Of a stretch of 64,000 bases of DNA, positions 34,908 to 43,934 are shown piece by piece (position 1 is the stretch's first letter; the number at the start of each line of letters is the position of its first letter). The DNA comes from an uncultured Methylomirabilota bacterium. GTDB taxonomy: Bacteria > Methylomirabilota > Methylomirabilia > CAVQYV01. The DNA lies in contig CAVQYV010000008.1 in the NCBI GenBank assembly GCA_963718295.1, positions 11,442 through 75,441 of the forward strand, written 5' to 3'. The notes beneath the pieces were generated by a model. That model was not told where the DNA came from and did no database searches. It saw nothing but the letters and a program-made list of their open reading frames with translations. A program made the position numbers and the translations under genes.

Positions 34908-35046
34908 CGGAAGCGGTGGAACTGCCTCTGGGAATGGCGACAGTAGCTGTCAAGGGGGGGGCGATCGACGCTGTCAGGAAGTGTATGGTAGCGTGATGAG
35001 ATGAAGTTACATGGCATAGCGACTGGGCGTCGCTATCCGATCTTGA

Positions 35047-35094
35047 GCTGGCTGGCCGACTCGATTTCCGATCCTCGGTCAGCCAGCTTTTCTG
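35047..35094 (+). terminator. rho-independent terminator
   Basis: GCTGGCTGGCCGA, a 15-nt loop, TCGGTCAGCCAGC, then TTTTCTG. Confidence 0.55.
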
Positions 35095-35131
35095 TCCGGG
35101 CCCTCGCCTCTGGCACTTGCATCGGCGCAGG

Positions 35132-35926
35132 TTATGCCGGGCCCGCCAGTTTTCGGTAGACGTAGGCGGTAGCGAGCATGGAGGTGGGGATGGTGGCGAG
35201 CAGGCCGATCAGGAGGGCCATCGCCCCGAGGAGATTGATTCCCATGAGGGCCAATAGGAAGAGGAAGAGTTTTCCCTTGACGCCCTTGGTGATCGCGGAA
35301 CTTCCTTTTAGGGACTCCACGGGTCCGGCCGCCCGGTCCACGATCAGGTAGCTGAAGAACATATACTTGATGCCCCAGATGATGCCTGGGATCACAAGCA
35401 GAATCGTACCCCCCAGAACGATCAACCCATAGAGGATCGAGGCGAGCAGATACGGGAAGAACAGAGGCAGGCAGGAGAAGAGATCGGAGAACTCACCCTT
35501 CTCGTTGTCACAGAATCTGAGGGAGATGCGGATCAAGCCTATCCCTATGATGATTTGCAGCACCCCAGATGCGATTGCCAGGACCAAGGAAAGAATGGGC
35601 GCGCTTTCTTTGGTCATTTCCTGAGCAAATCCTACCAGGACGTAGACCAACCCTACGATCAGCATGAGGATGACGAAAAACCCAGGGTTGCTCATCATCG
35701 TGCTCCATCCGAAGCGGATGGCCTCTCCGATCGAAAACCCCCCTTCCGAGGGAGCAGATGGAGTCGGGGCCGGAGCCGGGGGTGCATAGGCAGTCCCTGG
35801 CTGCGAGACTTGGGCTGTGAACGAGGCGGGTCGAGAGGCAGGGCCGCCCAGCGGTACCCCGCAGGATTTGCAGTTTGGACCAGGCATCTGTAGCAGTCCG
35901 CATTTGGGACATCTTGCGCCGATCAT
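35132..35926 (-). CDS. membrane protein with N-terminal zinc ribbon and Pro-rich linker (DUF975-like body)
   Basis: CPKCGLLQMPGPNCKSCG, then several TM helices. Start at ATG 35926 with GGAGG upstream. Confidence 0.5.
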   Translation of the reverse strand: MIGARCPKCGLLQMPGPNCKSCGVPLGGPASRPASFTAQVSQPGTAYAPPAPAPTPSAPSEGGFSIGEAIRFGWSTMMSNPGFFVILMLIVGLVYVLVGFAQEMTKESAPILSLVLAIASGVLQIIIGIGLIRISLRFCDNEKGEFSDLFSCLPLFFPYLLASILYGLIVLGGTILLVIPGIIWGIKYMFFSYLIVDRAAGPVESLKGSSAITKGVKGKLFLFLLALMGINLLGAMALLIGLLATIPTSMLATAYVYRKLAGPA

Positions 35927-36038
35927 CTTCCTTTGATCCTCCTTCCGGATTCTGATTGATCCAGGGGATGTCTTCGAATGAAGGTCCCAATGCAAAATTC
36001 CTACCAAAGCTACTCAAAAGGAGCGGAGAAATCGGATC

Positions 36039-36887
36039 TCACTTGCCCTTATAGTATTTCATCGCCTCGGGGATCAAGGCCTGGATCTGGCTGATCCGGG
36101 TCTCGGGGGCGGGATGGGTCGACAGGAATTCGGGTGGCCGGCTTCCTCCTCCCTGCTGATTCATCCTCTGCCAAAAGGGAATTGCCTGCCGCGGGTCGTA
36201 TCCGGCCTTGGCCATCAGTATCAGACCGATCCGGTCGGCTTCGGATTCATGGAGCCGGCTATAGGGGAGCAGGAATCCCACATTGGCCGCTGCTCCATAA
36301 GCGGTCATGAAGATTTGACTCGTGGCAGCAGGCTGCTTGGTAAGGGCCACGGACAACGCAGTCCCACCCAGCTGCACCAGCAGGCCCTCGCTCATCCTTT
36401 CGTTGCCATGTTTGGCGATGGCATGGGCGATTTCGTGCCCCGTTACCACTGCCAGCCCGGTATCGTCTTGGGTGAGGGGCAGGATGCCCGTATACACCGC
36501 CACCTTCCCTCCCGGCATGCACCAGGCGTTGACCGTCTTATCATCCTGGATGAGGTTGAACTCCCACTTGTAGTTCTTGAGATCCGCCTCCATTCCGGAT
36601 GCCTTCATGAAATCTTCCGTGGCCCTGGCGATCCGTTCTCCAACTGTCCTTACCATCCGGACCTTGGCCGGGTCGTCAGAGAGTTTGGATTTGTGGAGGA
36701 CCTCATTATATTGCTGGGAGCTCAGGGAGAGCAGTTCTGCATCGGGGACCAGGCTCAGACTCCTTCTTTCGCTAACCGGCACCGTGGTGCACGCCAAAAT
36801 CAGGAGCAGCGTCCCGATCAACCCCGCCCTTGGCACCCACCACAGAAACCTTTTCTTTTTGCTTTGGATATTTCTCATAGGAACCAC
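36039..36887 (-). CDS. M48-family metallopeptidase lipoprotein (LoiP/YcaL-like)
   Basis: Lipobox LLILAC. HEIAHAIAKHGNERMS (HExxH), ESEADRIG and STHPAPETR. Confidence 0.85.
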   Translation of the reverse strand: MVPMRNIQSKKKRFLWWVPRAGLIGTLLLILACTTVPVSERRSLSLVPDAELLSLSSQQYNEVLHKSKLSDDPAKVRMVRTVGERIARATEDFMKASGMEADLKNYKWEFNLIQDDKTVNAWCMPGGKVAVYTGILPLTQDDTGLAVVTGHEIAHAIAKHGNERMSEGLLVQLGGTALSVALTKQPAATSQIFMTAYGAAANVGFLLPYSRLHESEADRIGLILMAKAGYDPRQAIPFWQRMNQQGGGSRPPEFLSTHPAPETRISQIQALIPEAMKYYKGK

Positions 36888-36980
36888 CTCATGTACGTTG
36901 GGAGACTTCTCGGATGCCGTCCCGCCCCATCCAGATTGGCTCCGGCGGAGCAGGGTCCAAAATATCTCTGTTATGCCGGG

Positions 36981-37607
36981 CTACCTGACGGAGAAATAGG
37001 ACTCCCGGGAATCGCTGCTGCTGCCCGCCTGCACGGTAGTGATGACCACATAGGCGCCTTTTGCTGCGGTCGAGGACAGGACCAGCGGAATCCTGCTTTC
37101 GTAGGTGCCACCCTCCCTCTTGACAGTCACTTGAGGTCTCCCTTCGAGGGCGCCACCCCTCCGCACCTCCCGGATCTCGGTCACATCCATTGTCGCATTG
37201 TGCTCTCCGAGAACGGTATAACTCGCCACCAGCTCCACCGTACCCCCCGGGTAGACCTCAGAGGGCGTGGCCCGTGCGCTCTCCACCCTTACCAAATTCG
37301 CCTGAGCCTGGCTATGATCGTAGGCGTATTTCTTCTGAGCCTCTTCCTCATTCTGCCTCTTGTCGTAGAAGTAATGCCCTACTGCCGCACCGGCCAAGCC
37401 GCCGACCAGCGCGCCGATCACGATTCCCGCAGCGGTATGACCGCTCTGGGCCCCGATTGCCCCTCCTGCGGCGCCGCCAGCCACCGCACCTGCGCCTCCG
37501 CCTACCATCGCACCCTTGTGCTCCTGAGTCGTCTGGCTGGCGCATCCCCCCAGCAGCATGGCCGAAAAGACCACCGTCATGCTCAATGCCATGATTCTTC
37601 TCAGCAT
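36981..37607 (-). CDS. lipoprotein with glycine-zipper segment
   Basis: Lipobox MLLGGC. GAMVGGGAGAVAGGAAGGAIGA...GALVGGLAGAAVG. Confidence 0.65.
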   Translation of the reverse strand: MLRRIMALSMTVVFSAMLLGGCASQTTQEHKGAMVGGGAGAVAGGAAGGAIGAQSGHTAAGIVIGALVGGLAGAAVGHYFYDKRQNEEEAQKKYAYDHSQAQANLVRVESARATPSEVYPGGTVELVASYTVLGEHNATMDVTEIREVRRGGALEGRPQVTVKREGGTYESRIPLVLSSTAAKGAYVVITTVQAGSSSDSRESYFSVR

Positions 37608-37783
37608 AGTTTCCTCCTTTCCGAGCCCATGCCATAGGGACTCTCATTGGTTTTTTACTCCTCATGGCCGCGCTTGTCAATTTTTTTCCTTGGGCTCATT
37701 TCCAGGCGAGAAGCGTCCCTCCAACATGCGCCCTGAGGACAGGGAGCCCACCTCCTTACAACAGCCCATTTCCATGAATTCCC

Positions 37784-37811
37784 TTGAAATAGATGTCGAA
37801 TTGCCTATAAT
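37784..37811 (+). promoter_or_regulatory. sigma-70-type promoter
   Basis: TTGAAA (37784-37789), a 16-nt spacer, then TATAAT (37806-37811). It lies ~32 nt upstream of ATG 37843. Confidence 0.5.
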
Positions 37812-37842
37812 GACTGGGCAACGGGAAACCAAGGGGAAAGGG

Positions 37843-38067
37843 ATGTCCTGTTATTTCCGTCACATCCAAGATATCCTGGCCCAAGCGGGCATTGAGGTGA
37901 CGCCCGAGAACAAGAAGAGCATCGATCAGGCGCTGCATGAGATCGTGGGTGTCCCCTACAAGGCCTGCCCGGCGGCCTGGAAGGCCATCAAGGAAGAGTT
38001 TCTGGCCGATGCGGCGGGACGAAAACGGCTTTCTGAGGAGCTTGCCGCCAAGGTCGAATCCCGATGA
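37843..38067 (+). CDS. small hypothetical protein (74 aa)
   Basis: Purine-rich RBS AAGGGGAAAGGG. Protein-like sequence (MSCYFRHIQDILAQAGIEVTPENKKSIDQALHEIVG...). The stop overlaps the next start (ATGA). Confidence 0.45.
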   Translation: MSCYFRHIQDILAQAGIEVTPENKKSIDQALHEIVGVPYKACPAAWKAIKEEFLADAAGRKRLSEELAAKVESR

Positions 38068-38627
38068 GGACTGGCTTAGCCCATCTCCCACTTCATCAGG
38101 GAAAGGCCCCTCCCTGGCTTTTCCAGCTTATGAAATCGCTGGCTCGCGAGATCTCCCTCTCCATCATCTCCTACCAGGGCCTGCATGAGTTCCTTCGCAA
38201 GCTCTTTGACCCTTTCTGGTTTCAGGCCTTCGGCTGTGTCCTGGGATTTGACTGGCACTCGAGCGGGGTTACCACCACCATCCGCGGGGCCCTCAAGGAA
38301 GGGATCAAGGGTCTGGAGAGGGACCTGAAGACCTACGACCAGCAGCCCCAGAGGTTCGAGGAGCTCCTGGGGATGCCGGGGGTGGGGGGCAAGACGATTC
38401 GGGCCCTGGCCCTGATCGCGGAAGTCCTCTACGGCACCGCTGCCTCCTTTCGCGATCCAGCTCGTTATAGCTTCGCCCATGGAGGGAAGGATGGCCATCC
38501 CTACCCGGTGGATCGAGAAACCTATCGGGAGTCCATAGATTTCTTGAAAAGGGCAACGGAGGCCGCCCAGATCGGACACCACGAAAAGGTAAGGGCGCTG
38601 AGGAGGCTCTCCCAATGCTATCTTTAG
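38064..38627 (+). CDS. DUF763-like protein
   Basis: LPLHQGKAPPWLFQLMKSLA, DPFWFQAFGCVLGFDWHSSGVTTT and GGKDGHPYPVD. Confidence 0.6.
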   Translation: MRTGLAHLPLHQGKAPPWLFQLMKSLAREISLSIISYQGLHEFLRKLFDPFWFQAFGCVLGFDWHSSGVTTTIRGALKEGIKGLERDLKTYDQQPQRFEELLGMPGVGGKTIRALALIAEVLYGTAASFRDPARYSFAHGGKDGHPYPVDRETYRESIDFLKRATEAAQIGHHEKVRALRRLSQCYL

Positions 38628-38712
38628 GCGGGCCCGGCAGTGAACAGTGCGTTTTGGATCGTGTTGTGATGGAAAAGATGGAGGCCCACCAGAGAGAGGA
38701 AAGGAAAATCAC

Positions 38713-39834
38713 ATGAAAGTCCTGGGCATCTTTGGGAGCCCTCGTGTGGGAGGGAACACGGATCTCCTCCTGGAGAGATTCCTGGAGGGGGCTGAATCAA
38801 AGGGGGCACAGATCATTCGACTCTACCTGCGGGACAAATCCTTTTCTCCCTGTTTGGAGATCTACGCCTGTCTGAAGGATGGAGAGTGCTGCCTCCAGGA
38901 CGATATGCAAGAGATCTATTCCCTGCTCCGGGAGGCCGATGTCATCGCCCTCGCTTCCCCCATCTTCTTTTATGGGGTGAGCGCCCATGCCAAGGCCATG
39001 ATCGATCGCTGCCAGACTTTTTGGGTGGAAAAGTATATCCTGAAGCGGCCCATTCGCCCTCAGGGAAGGGAGCGAAAGGGGGTCTTTTTGTCGGTGGCAG
39101 GCTCCCGGGGAGAACGGGCCTTCGAGGGTGCCCACCTGACGGTGAAGTACTTTTTCGACTGCCTGGAGGTGGATTTCCATCGGAGCCTCCTCTATCGAAG
39201 GATCGACCGCAAAGGTGAGATCCAGAACCATCCCGCTGCCCTTAGCGAAGCCTATTCCCTGGGGGCCGAGATGGCAGAGGGGACATCCGTGGCTGACGTG
39301 AAAGATCGACAGGGGATGGGTGCCGAGAGGTGGGAGATCTCCTCTCCCTGGATGGGCGTCTTGTCCGATTCCCACGACCACTTGACCCTTTTGCGGAAGG
39401 CGGTCGAGGTCTGCAACAGCACTGAGGTGGGACTGGTCCTTCATGCGGGTGATTTCGTAGCCCCCTTTTCCTTGAAGCCCTTGGAGGGGCTGAAGGCCCC
39501 CTATGTGGGGGTATTCGGGAATAACGATGGAGAAAAGGTAGGTCTGAGAAATCGGTCTGGGGGGAGGCTCATGCCAGGCCCTCGCTACCTGGAGGTCAAT
39601 GGCCGGACGATCCTTCTGGTCCACGATTTGGAAGGGGAATACCCCCAAGGGCCCTCCGGGAGAACCCTGCACCTCTTGGTTCACGGCCACACCCATCGGC
39701 CTGAAATCAAGAGGGAAGGCCAAACCCTCCTTTTCAATCCAGGTGAGGTCGGCGGTTGGTTCACGGGCAGGGCCACCATGGGACTGTTCCACCTGGAGAC
39801 AATGGAAGCGCGGATCATCGATCTGGCCTCCTGA
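38713..39834 (+). CDS. apparent fusion: flavodoxin-like NADPH-dependent FMN reductase / iron-sulfur flavoprotein domain + YfcE/MJ0936-type metallophosphoesterase domain
   Basis: N-terminal part: MKVLGIFGSPRVGGNTDLL...ASPIFFYGVSAHAKAMIDR. C-terminal part: MGVLSDSHDH...LHAGDF...GNNDGE...LVHGHTH. Both lie in one continuous frame. Confidence 0.7.
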   Translation: MKVLGIFGSPRVGGNTDLLLERFLEGAESKGAQIIRLYLRDKSFSPCLEIYACLKDGECCLQDDMQEIYSLLREADVIALASPIFFYGVSAHAKAMIDRCQTFWVEKYILKRPIRPQGRERKGVFLSVAGSRGERAFEGAHLTVKYFFDCLEVDFHRSLLYRRIDRKGEIQNHPAALSEAYSLGAEMAEGTSVADVKDRQGMGAERWEISSPWMGVLSDSHDHLTLLRKAVEVCNSTEVGLVLHAGDFVAPFSLKPLEGLKAPYVGVFGNNDGEKVGLRNRSGGRLMPGPRYLEVNGRTILLVHDLEGEYPQGPSGRTLHLLVHGHTHRPEIKREGQTLLFNPGEVGGWFTGRATMGLFHLETMEARIIDLAS

Positions 39835-39837
39835 ATC

Positions 39838-39874
39838 TTCGCCGGAAATGTCGGGGGTTTCGCCAAAATTGTCG
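39838..39874. promoter_or_regulatory. two direct 16-mers spaced 21 bp apart, candidate enhancer (UAS) for the sigma-54 promoter
   Basis: TTCGCCGGAAATGTCG (39838-39853) and TTCGCCAAAATTGTCG (39859-39874), 13 of 16 positions identical. They lie ~120-155 bp upstream of the -24/-12 element. Confidence 0.35.
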
Positions 39875-39992
39875 TCGCAGCCTCCCTCCCTTTCGCCGTC
39901 CGGTTTTCTCCCTCCGCACCGGACTCCTGGTGGGTCCCCTATCGCGGCGCTCTCCTCTTCCCCTCATCCATCCTCATCGGATCGATCCTGAC

Positions 39993-40007
39993 TGGCACGG
40001 ATATTGC
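39993..40007 (+). promoter_or_regulatory. sigma-54 (-24/-12) promoter
   Basis: TGGCACGGATATTGC fits TGGCAC-N5-TTGC exactly. It lies 36 nt upstream of ATG 40043. Confidence 0.7.
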
Positions 40008-40042
40008 GACTTCTCCCCTTGGGAGAAGGGGAGGTGGGTAAC

Positions 40043-40534
40043 ATGAAGAGGATCCTATTCCTGGGCTTAGCGATGGTGTTCATGATTCCCTCATCCTTGG
40101 CCTTGGGCCAAGGCGCGGTCCGGATGCAACAGGACCAGAGCTCTGCCTTGTGGGCCAGCCTCTCTTCAGCACAAAAGGAAAGGCTTCAGGCCCTCCATGG
40201 TAGATTTCTGACGGAGGTGGCCCCTCTGCAGGGATCGCTCATTGCCCGTCGTCTGGAACTAAAGGCCCTCTGGTCAGATCCCAAGGCCACCCCAGCTGCC
40301 CTCGAAGCCAAGGAACAAGAGGCGCTCGATCTGCTCCGCCAGATCCAGGAGAAGGCCGTCAGGCATAGGCTGGAGGCCAGATCCTTCTTGAGCCCCGATC
40401 AGATCGTTCAATTCCACGGGGGATTTTGGCTTTTCCGGGGCCGGGGTAGAGGCGGCTTGGGGGAAGGTCGAGGCGGATGGGCAGGGCGGAGAGGAGGATC
40501 TGACTGGGGGCACTGGGGCAATCCCAATGAGTAA
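40043..40534 (+). CDS. Spy/CpxP/ZraP-family periplasmic protein
   Basis: Signal peptide MKRILFLGLAMVFMIPSSLALG. LTxxQ-like motifs (LSSAQKERL, LSPDQIVQF). Gly/Arg-rich tail. Confidence 0.7.
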   Translation: MKRILFLGLAMVFMIPSSLALGQGAVRMQQDQSSALWASLSSAQKERLQALHGRFLTEVAPLQGSLIARRLELKALWSDPKATPAALEAKEQEALDLLRQIQEKAVRHRLEARSFLSPDQIVQFHGGFWLFRGRGRGGLGEGRGGWAGRRGGSDWGHWGNPNE

Positions 40535-40790
40535 TCTCCTGAAGCAGGGGAAGATTTAGTGCTCCGTTTCGTAAATGCTGCGGCCCATTCTTTCTCGGAA
40601 AGGGAGCACTTCCATTTGGGCTTACGCCCCTATGGCGCTCCATCACGCTCCTCCTCGTCGCGTGATTCCGCTGAACCCCGCCGGGGGACGGCGGCCCCCC
40701 GTCCACCCCCCCGGCGTGCGCCCATCCACTTTGCATACGTCACCGTATTTGTGAAAGGGCGCACTTAGCTTTGGTGGAGGAACCCAAAGA

Positions 40791-42542
40791 TTGAGAAGAT
40801 ACCAGGGAGCCCCTCTGTACCTGCTTCTCCTCTGCGGATTGGTCCTTGCCCTACTCCTGATCAACGGGCTCTTGGAATTCCGCCGCACCCAGCAGGGCCT
40901 GTGGAAGATCCTGGAGGGACAGGGATTGGCCTATCTGGATCGTCAGGAGAAAGAAATCCAGGCCATCACCGCTCAACTCTCTGCCTTAGAGGGATCTAAC
41001 CAGCCCGCCAATCCTCCCCTGCCACCTCCCTACGGGGATCTGTTGTCCCTGGATTCGGCCCTCGCTGAGCATCTGATGGATGTAGCCCTGGACCTTGACC
41101 GAAGCGAAAGAGAGGGTCGGCTCAGTCCTCCCCAGCTCTCCCTCCTCATGAAGGCGGAGAGGATAGCCCGGGTCGAGTTCTGGGATCGAGCGGGAAAAAC
41201 GCACCTTGCCCAAGGCGAAAAACCCTCCTTGCGGCAGGAGTCCGTGCGCCAAACCCTCCTCCAGGGCAGCGAGGAGATCCTCATCGAGGATTTCCTGCGG
41301 GGGGCGGCCCTGCGGCCCCACTACACCCTGGGTATGAGACGGCGTCATGGACAGGGTTTTCTGCTCCTTTCCCTGACTGGCTCCCAGATGCAATCCCTGC
41401 GGCTGCGATGGCTCCTGGAGGGCTCTCGGGGGCAGCAAGTCCTGGAGGGTAGCCTGCGCTACTTGATATTGCAAGGGGAAGACGCGCTCTTTCTCACCCC
41501 CGGGGGACCCCTTCTTAGGGAGGAGTTCCGCGCCGATCCTTTCCTCATGGAAGCCAAGCAAGGAAAAGGGGCGAGGTCTCGAATCTTCAAGGCCCCCTCG
41601 GGCGAAGAGGTGTACGAGGTGGTAAGGCCGCTGTCTCTGGGCCAGGAGGGGGCGGCTGTGCTCCGAGCCGGGCTTTCCCTGGATGCAACGGGGGCGATTC
41701 TCTCCCATCTGAGGGCCAGCCTCCTCCTCCAACTCTCCCTCTCCATGGCCTTGGCCATACTTGCCACCCTGATCGTCTTTTGGATGCAGAAGCGGCACCT
41801 TCTCCGGATGCAGGAGATGGAAGAGAAGGTCGAGATGGCCGACAGGCTTTCCTCCCTGGGACAGCTGGCGGCCGGGCTGGCCCACGAGATCCGGAATCCT
41901 CTCAATGCCATTTCCATTGGAATCCAGAGGTTGAAGCGCGAATTCACGGAATCTCCAGATGCCCTCGATGCTCATGAGGCGACGGCCCTGTTGGGGGTAG
42001 TCTACAGCGAGATCCGCCGACTCGATTCCCTGGTGGATCGTTTCTTAGGCCTGGCCCATCCCGACCGCATGGTGCGAGAGAAAGGGGATATCGGGAAGAT
42101 CCTCCTTGATCTCATGCAACTCTTTGCTGGGGAGGCCAGGGAGAAGGGAATCCAGCTGCGCTCCATTATCGCTCCCAATTTGCCTGCAATTTCCATGGAT
42201 GGAGAAAGGATCAAGGAGGCCTTTCTGAACCTCATCAGGAATGCGATGGACGCAATGAAAGAGGGAGGCTCTCTCGGGGTAGAGGCCCATCCCCTCGATG
42301 CCCAGCGGCTAAAGGTCGTATTTGCCGATTCCGGTTACGGAATCCCCGCCTCCCAGCGGCGCAAGGTCTTCGATCCTTTCTATACCACCAAGGAGCGTGG
42401 GGTCGGCTTAGGCCTTTCCCTGGCCCATCAGATCATCAAGGCCCATGGCGGCCAGATTCAGATCGAGAGCGAGGAAGGAGAAGGAACCCGGGTCACCGTC
42501 ACCTTGCCCTGCCTCGGGGAGAAAGAAGGCGATAATGGATAG
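40791..42542 (+). CDS. sensor histidine kinase (ZraS/AtoS/NtrB-like)
   Basis: N-terminal TM helix and a second TM helix. H-box LAHEIRNPLNAI. N/G boxes (NLIRNAMDAM, DSGYGIP, GVGLGLSLAHQII). Confidence 0.85.
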   Translation: MRRYQGAPLYLLLLCGLVLALLLINGLLEFRRTQQGLWKILEGQGLAYLDRQEKEIQAITAQLSALEGSNQPANPPLPPPYGDLLSLDSALAEHLMDVALDLDRSEREGRLSPPQLSLLMKAERIARVEFWDRAGKTHLAQGEKPSLRQESVRQTLLQGSEEILIEDFLRGAALRPHYTLGMRRRHGQGFLLLSLTGSQMQSLRLRWLLEGSRGQQVLEGSLRYLILQGEDALFLTPGGPLLREEFRADPFLMEAKQGKGARSRIFKAPSGEEVYEVVRPLSLGQEGAAVLRAGLSLDATGAILSHLRASLLLQLSLSMALAILATLIVFWMQKRHLLRMQEMEEKVEMADRLSSLGQLAAGLAHEIRNPLNAISIGIQRLKREFTESPDALDAHEATALLGVVYSEIRRLDSLVDRFLGLAHPDRMVREKGDIGKILLDLMQLFAGEAREKGIQLRSIIAPNLPAISMDGERIKEAFLNLIRNAMDAMKEGGSLGVEAHPLDAQRLKVVFADSGYGIPASQRRKVFDPFYTTKERGVGLGLSLAHQIIKAHGGQIQIESEEGEGTRVTVTLPCLGEKEGDNG

Positions 42543-43911
42543 AAACAAGGGAAGGGTACTGGTGATAGAAGACGATGAGGCCCAGCGGACGCTCTTGGTT
42601 GGGTTCTTATCACGACAGGGCTTTGAGGCCTCCTCCGCCTCCTCCGGAGACGAGGCATTGGCGAAGCTCAAGGAGGAGCCTTATGATCTGATCCTCCTCG
42701 ACTATCGCCTCCCCGACATGGATGGCCTTCAGGTCCTTTTGCAGATGCGGCGCATTCAGCCCGAGACCCCGGTCATCTTCATCACCGCCTTCGGGACCAT
42801 CGAAGTTGCGGTGAAAGCAATGAAGGCAGGCGCCTCCGATTTCCTCAGCAAGCCGATCGACCTGGATATCCTCCTCCTATCCATGAACCGGATGCGGGAG
42901 AAGTCGGAACTGATGCAGGAAAATCGTGAGCTCCGGGAGCGGCTGGCCGAGCGCTTCCGTCCCTCCCACATCATCTATGCCTCGGCCCGGATGGAGGAGG
43001 TCCTGAGCATCGTCTCCCGGGTGGCGCACTCCTCCTCCACCGTCCTCATCCGCGGGGAGAGCGGGACCGGCAAGGAGCTCATTGCTGCCGCGATCCACTA
43101 TGCAAGTCCACGCCATGATCGGCCTTTCATCAAAGTAAACTGTAACGCCTTGCCGGAGACCCTCTTGGAGAGCGAGCTCTTCGGCCATGAGAAAGGGGCC
43201 TTCACTGGCGCATTCCAGCGTCGCATCGGGAGGTTGGAGGCTGCGCACGGGGGGACCCTTTTCCTGGATGAGGTGGGGGATCTGCCTGGCTCGATTCAGA
43301 CCAAGCTTCTGCGCTTTCTTCAGGAGAGGGAATTCGAGAGGCTGGGAAGCAATACCCCGATTCAGGTGGATGTGCGGGTCATCGCCGCCACCCATCGGGA
43401 TCTGGAGGGGGCCGTCCGGGAGGGAGGCTTTCGCCAGGATCTCTATTACCGCCTGCAGGTGATTCCCATTTTCCTCCCGGCCCTTCGTGAGCGGAAGGAG
43501 GACATTTTGCCCCTGATCGACCACTTCCTGCGTAAATATAGCGAAAGGGACGCCAAAGAGATCCTGGGGATCTCTTTGGAGGCGCGCCATTTGCTCCTGA
43601 CTTACGATTACCCGGGCAACGTGCGGGAGTTGGAGAATATGGTGGAAAGGGCGGTGGTCCTCTCTCGGAGGGGAATCATCGCTCTGGAGGACCTCCCTTT
43701 GCCTCTGCAGGAGGGCAGGGCCCAGATCTCGTCCGCGGCGAGGGCGAGCCTTCCTTCGGCCGTGGCGGCCGTGGAAAGGGATTTGATCGGACAGGCTCTG
43801 CAGGCAAGTGGGGGGAATCAAAGCCAGGCGGCCAGGAGTCTGGGGATCAGCGAGCGGGTACTCCGCTATAAAATGAGGAAATATGGCCTGAGATCACAAG
43901 GTGAGGGGTAA
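42535..43911 (+). CDS. sigma-54-dependent response regulator (NtrC/ZraR family)
   Basis: Receiver domain (VLVIEDDE...[13 protein letters not shown]). AAA+ domain ([26 protein letters not shown]). C-terminal HTH ([26 protein letters not shown]). The ATG overlaps the kinase stop. Confidence 0.92.
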   Translation: MDRNKGRVLVIEDDEAQRTLLVGFLSRQGFEASSASSGDEALAKLKEEPYDLILLDYRLPDMDGLQVLLQMRRIQPETPVIFITAFGTIEVAVKAMKAGASDFLSKPIDLDILLLSMNRMREKSELMQENRELRERLAERFRPSHIIYASARMEEVLSIVSRVAHSSSTVLIRGESGTGKELIAAAIHYASPRHDRPFIKVNCNALPETLLESELFGHEKGAFTGAFQRRIGRLEAAHGGTLFLDEVGDLPGSIQTKLLRFLQEREFERLGSNTPIQVDVRVIAATHRDLEGAVREGGFRQDLYYRLQVIPIFLPALRERKEDILPLIDHFLRKYSERDAKEILGISLEARHLLLTYDYPGNVRELENMVERAVVLSRRGIIALEDLPLPLQEGRAQISSAARASLPSAVAAVERDLIGQALQASGGNQSQAARSLGISERVLRYKMRKYGLRSQGEG

Positions 43912-43934
43912 GAACCGGAAAGGACCTCCGATCC

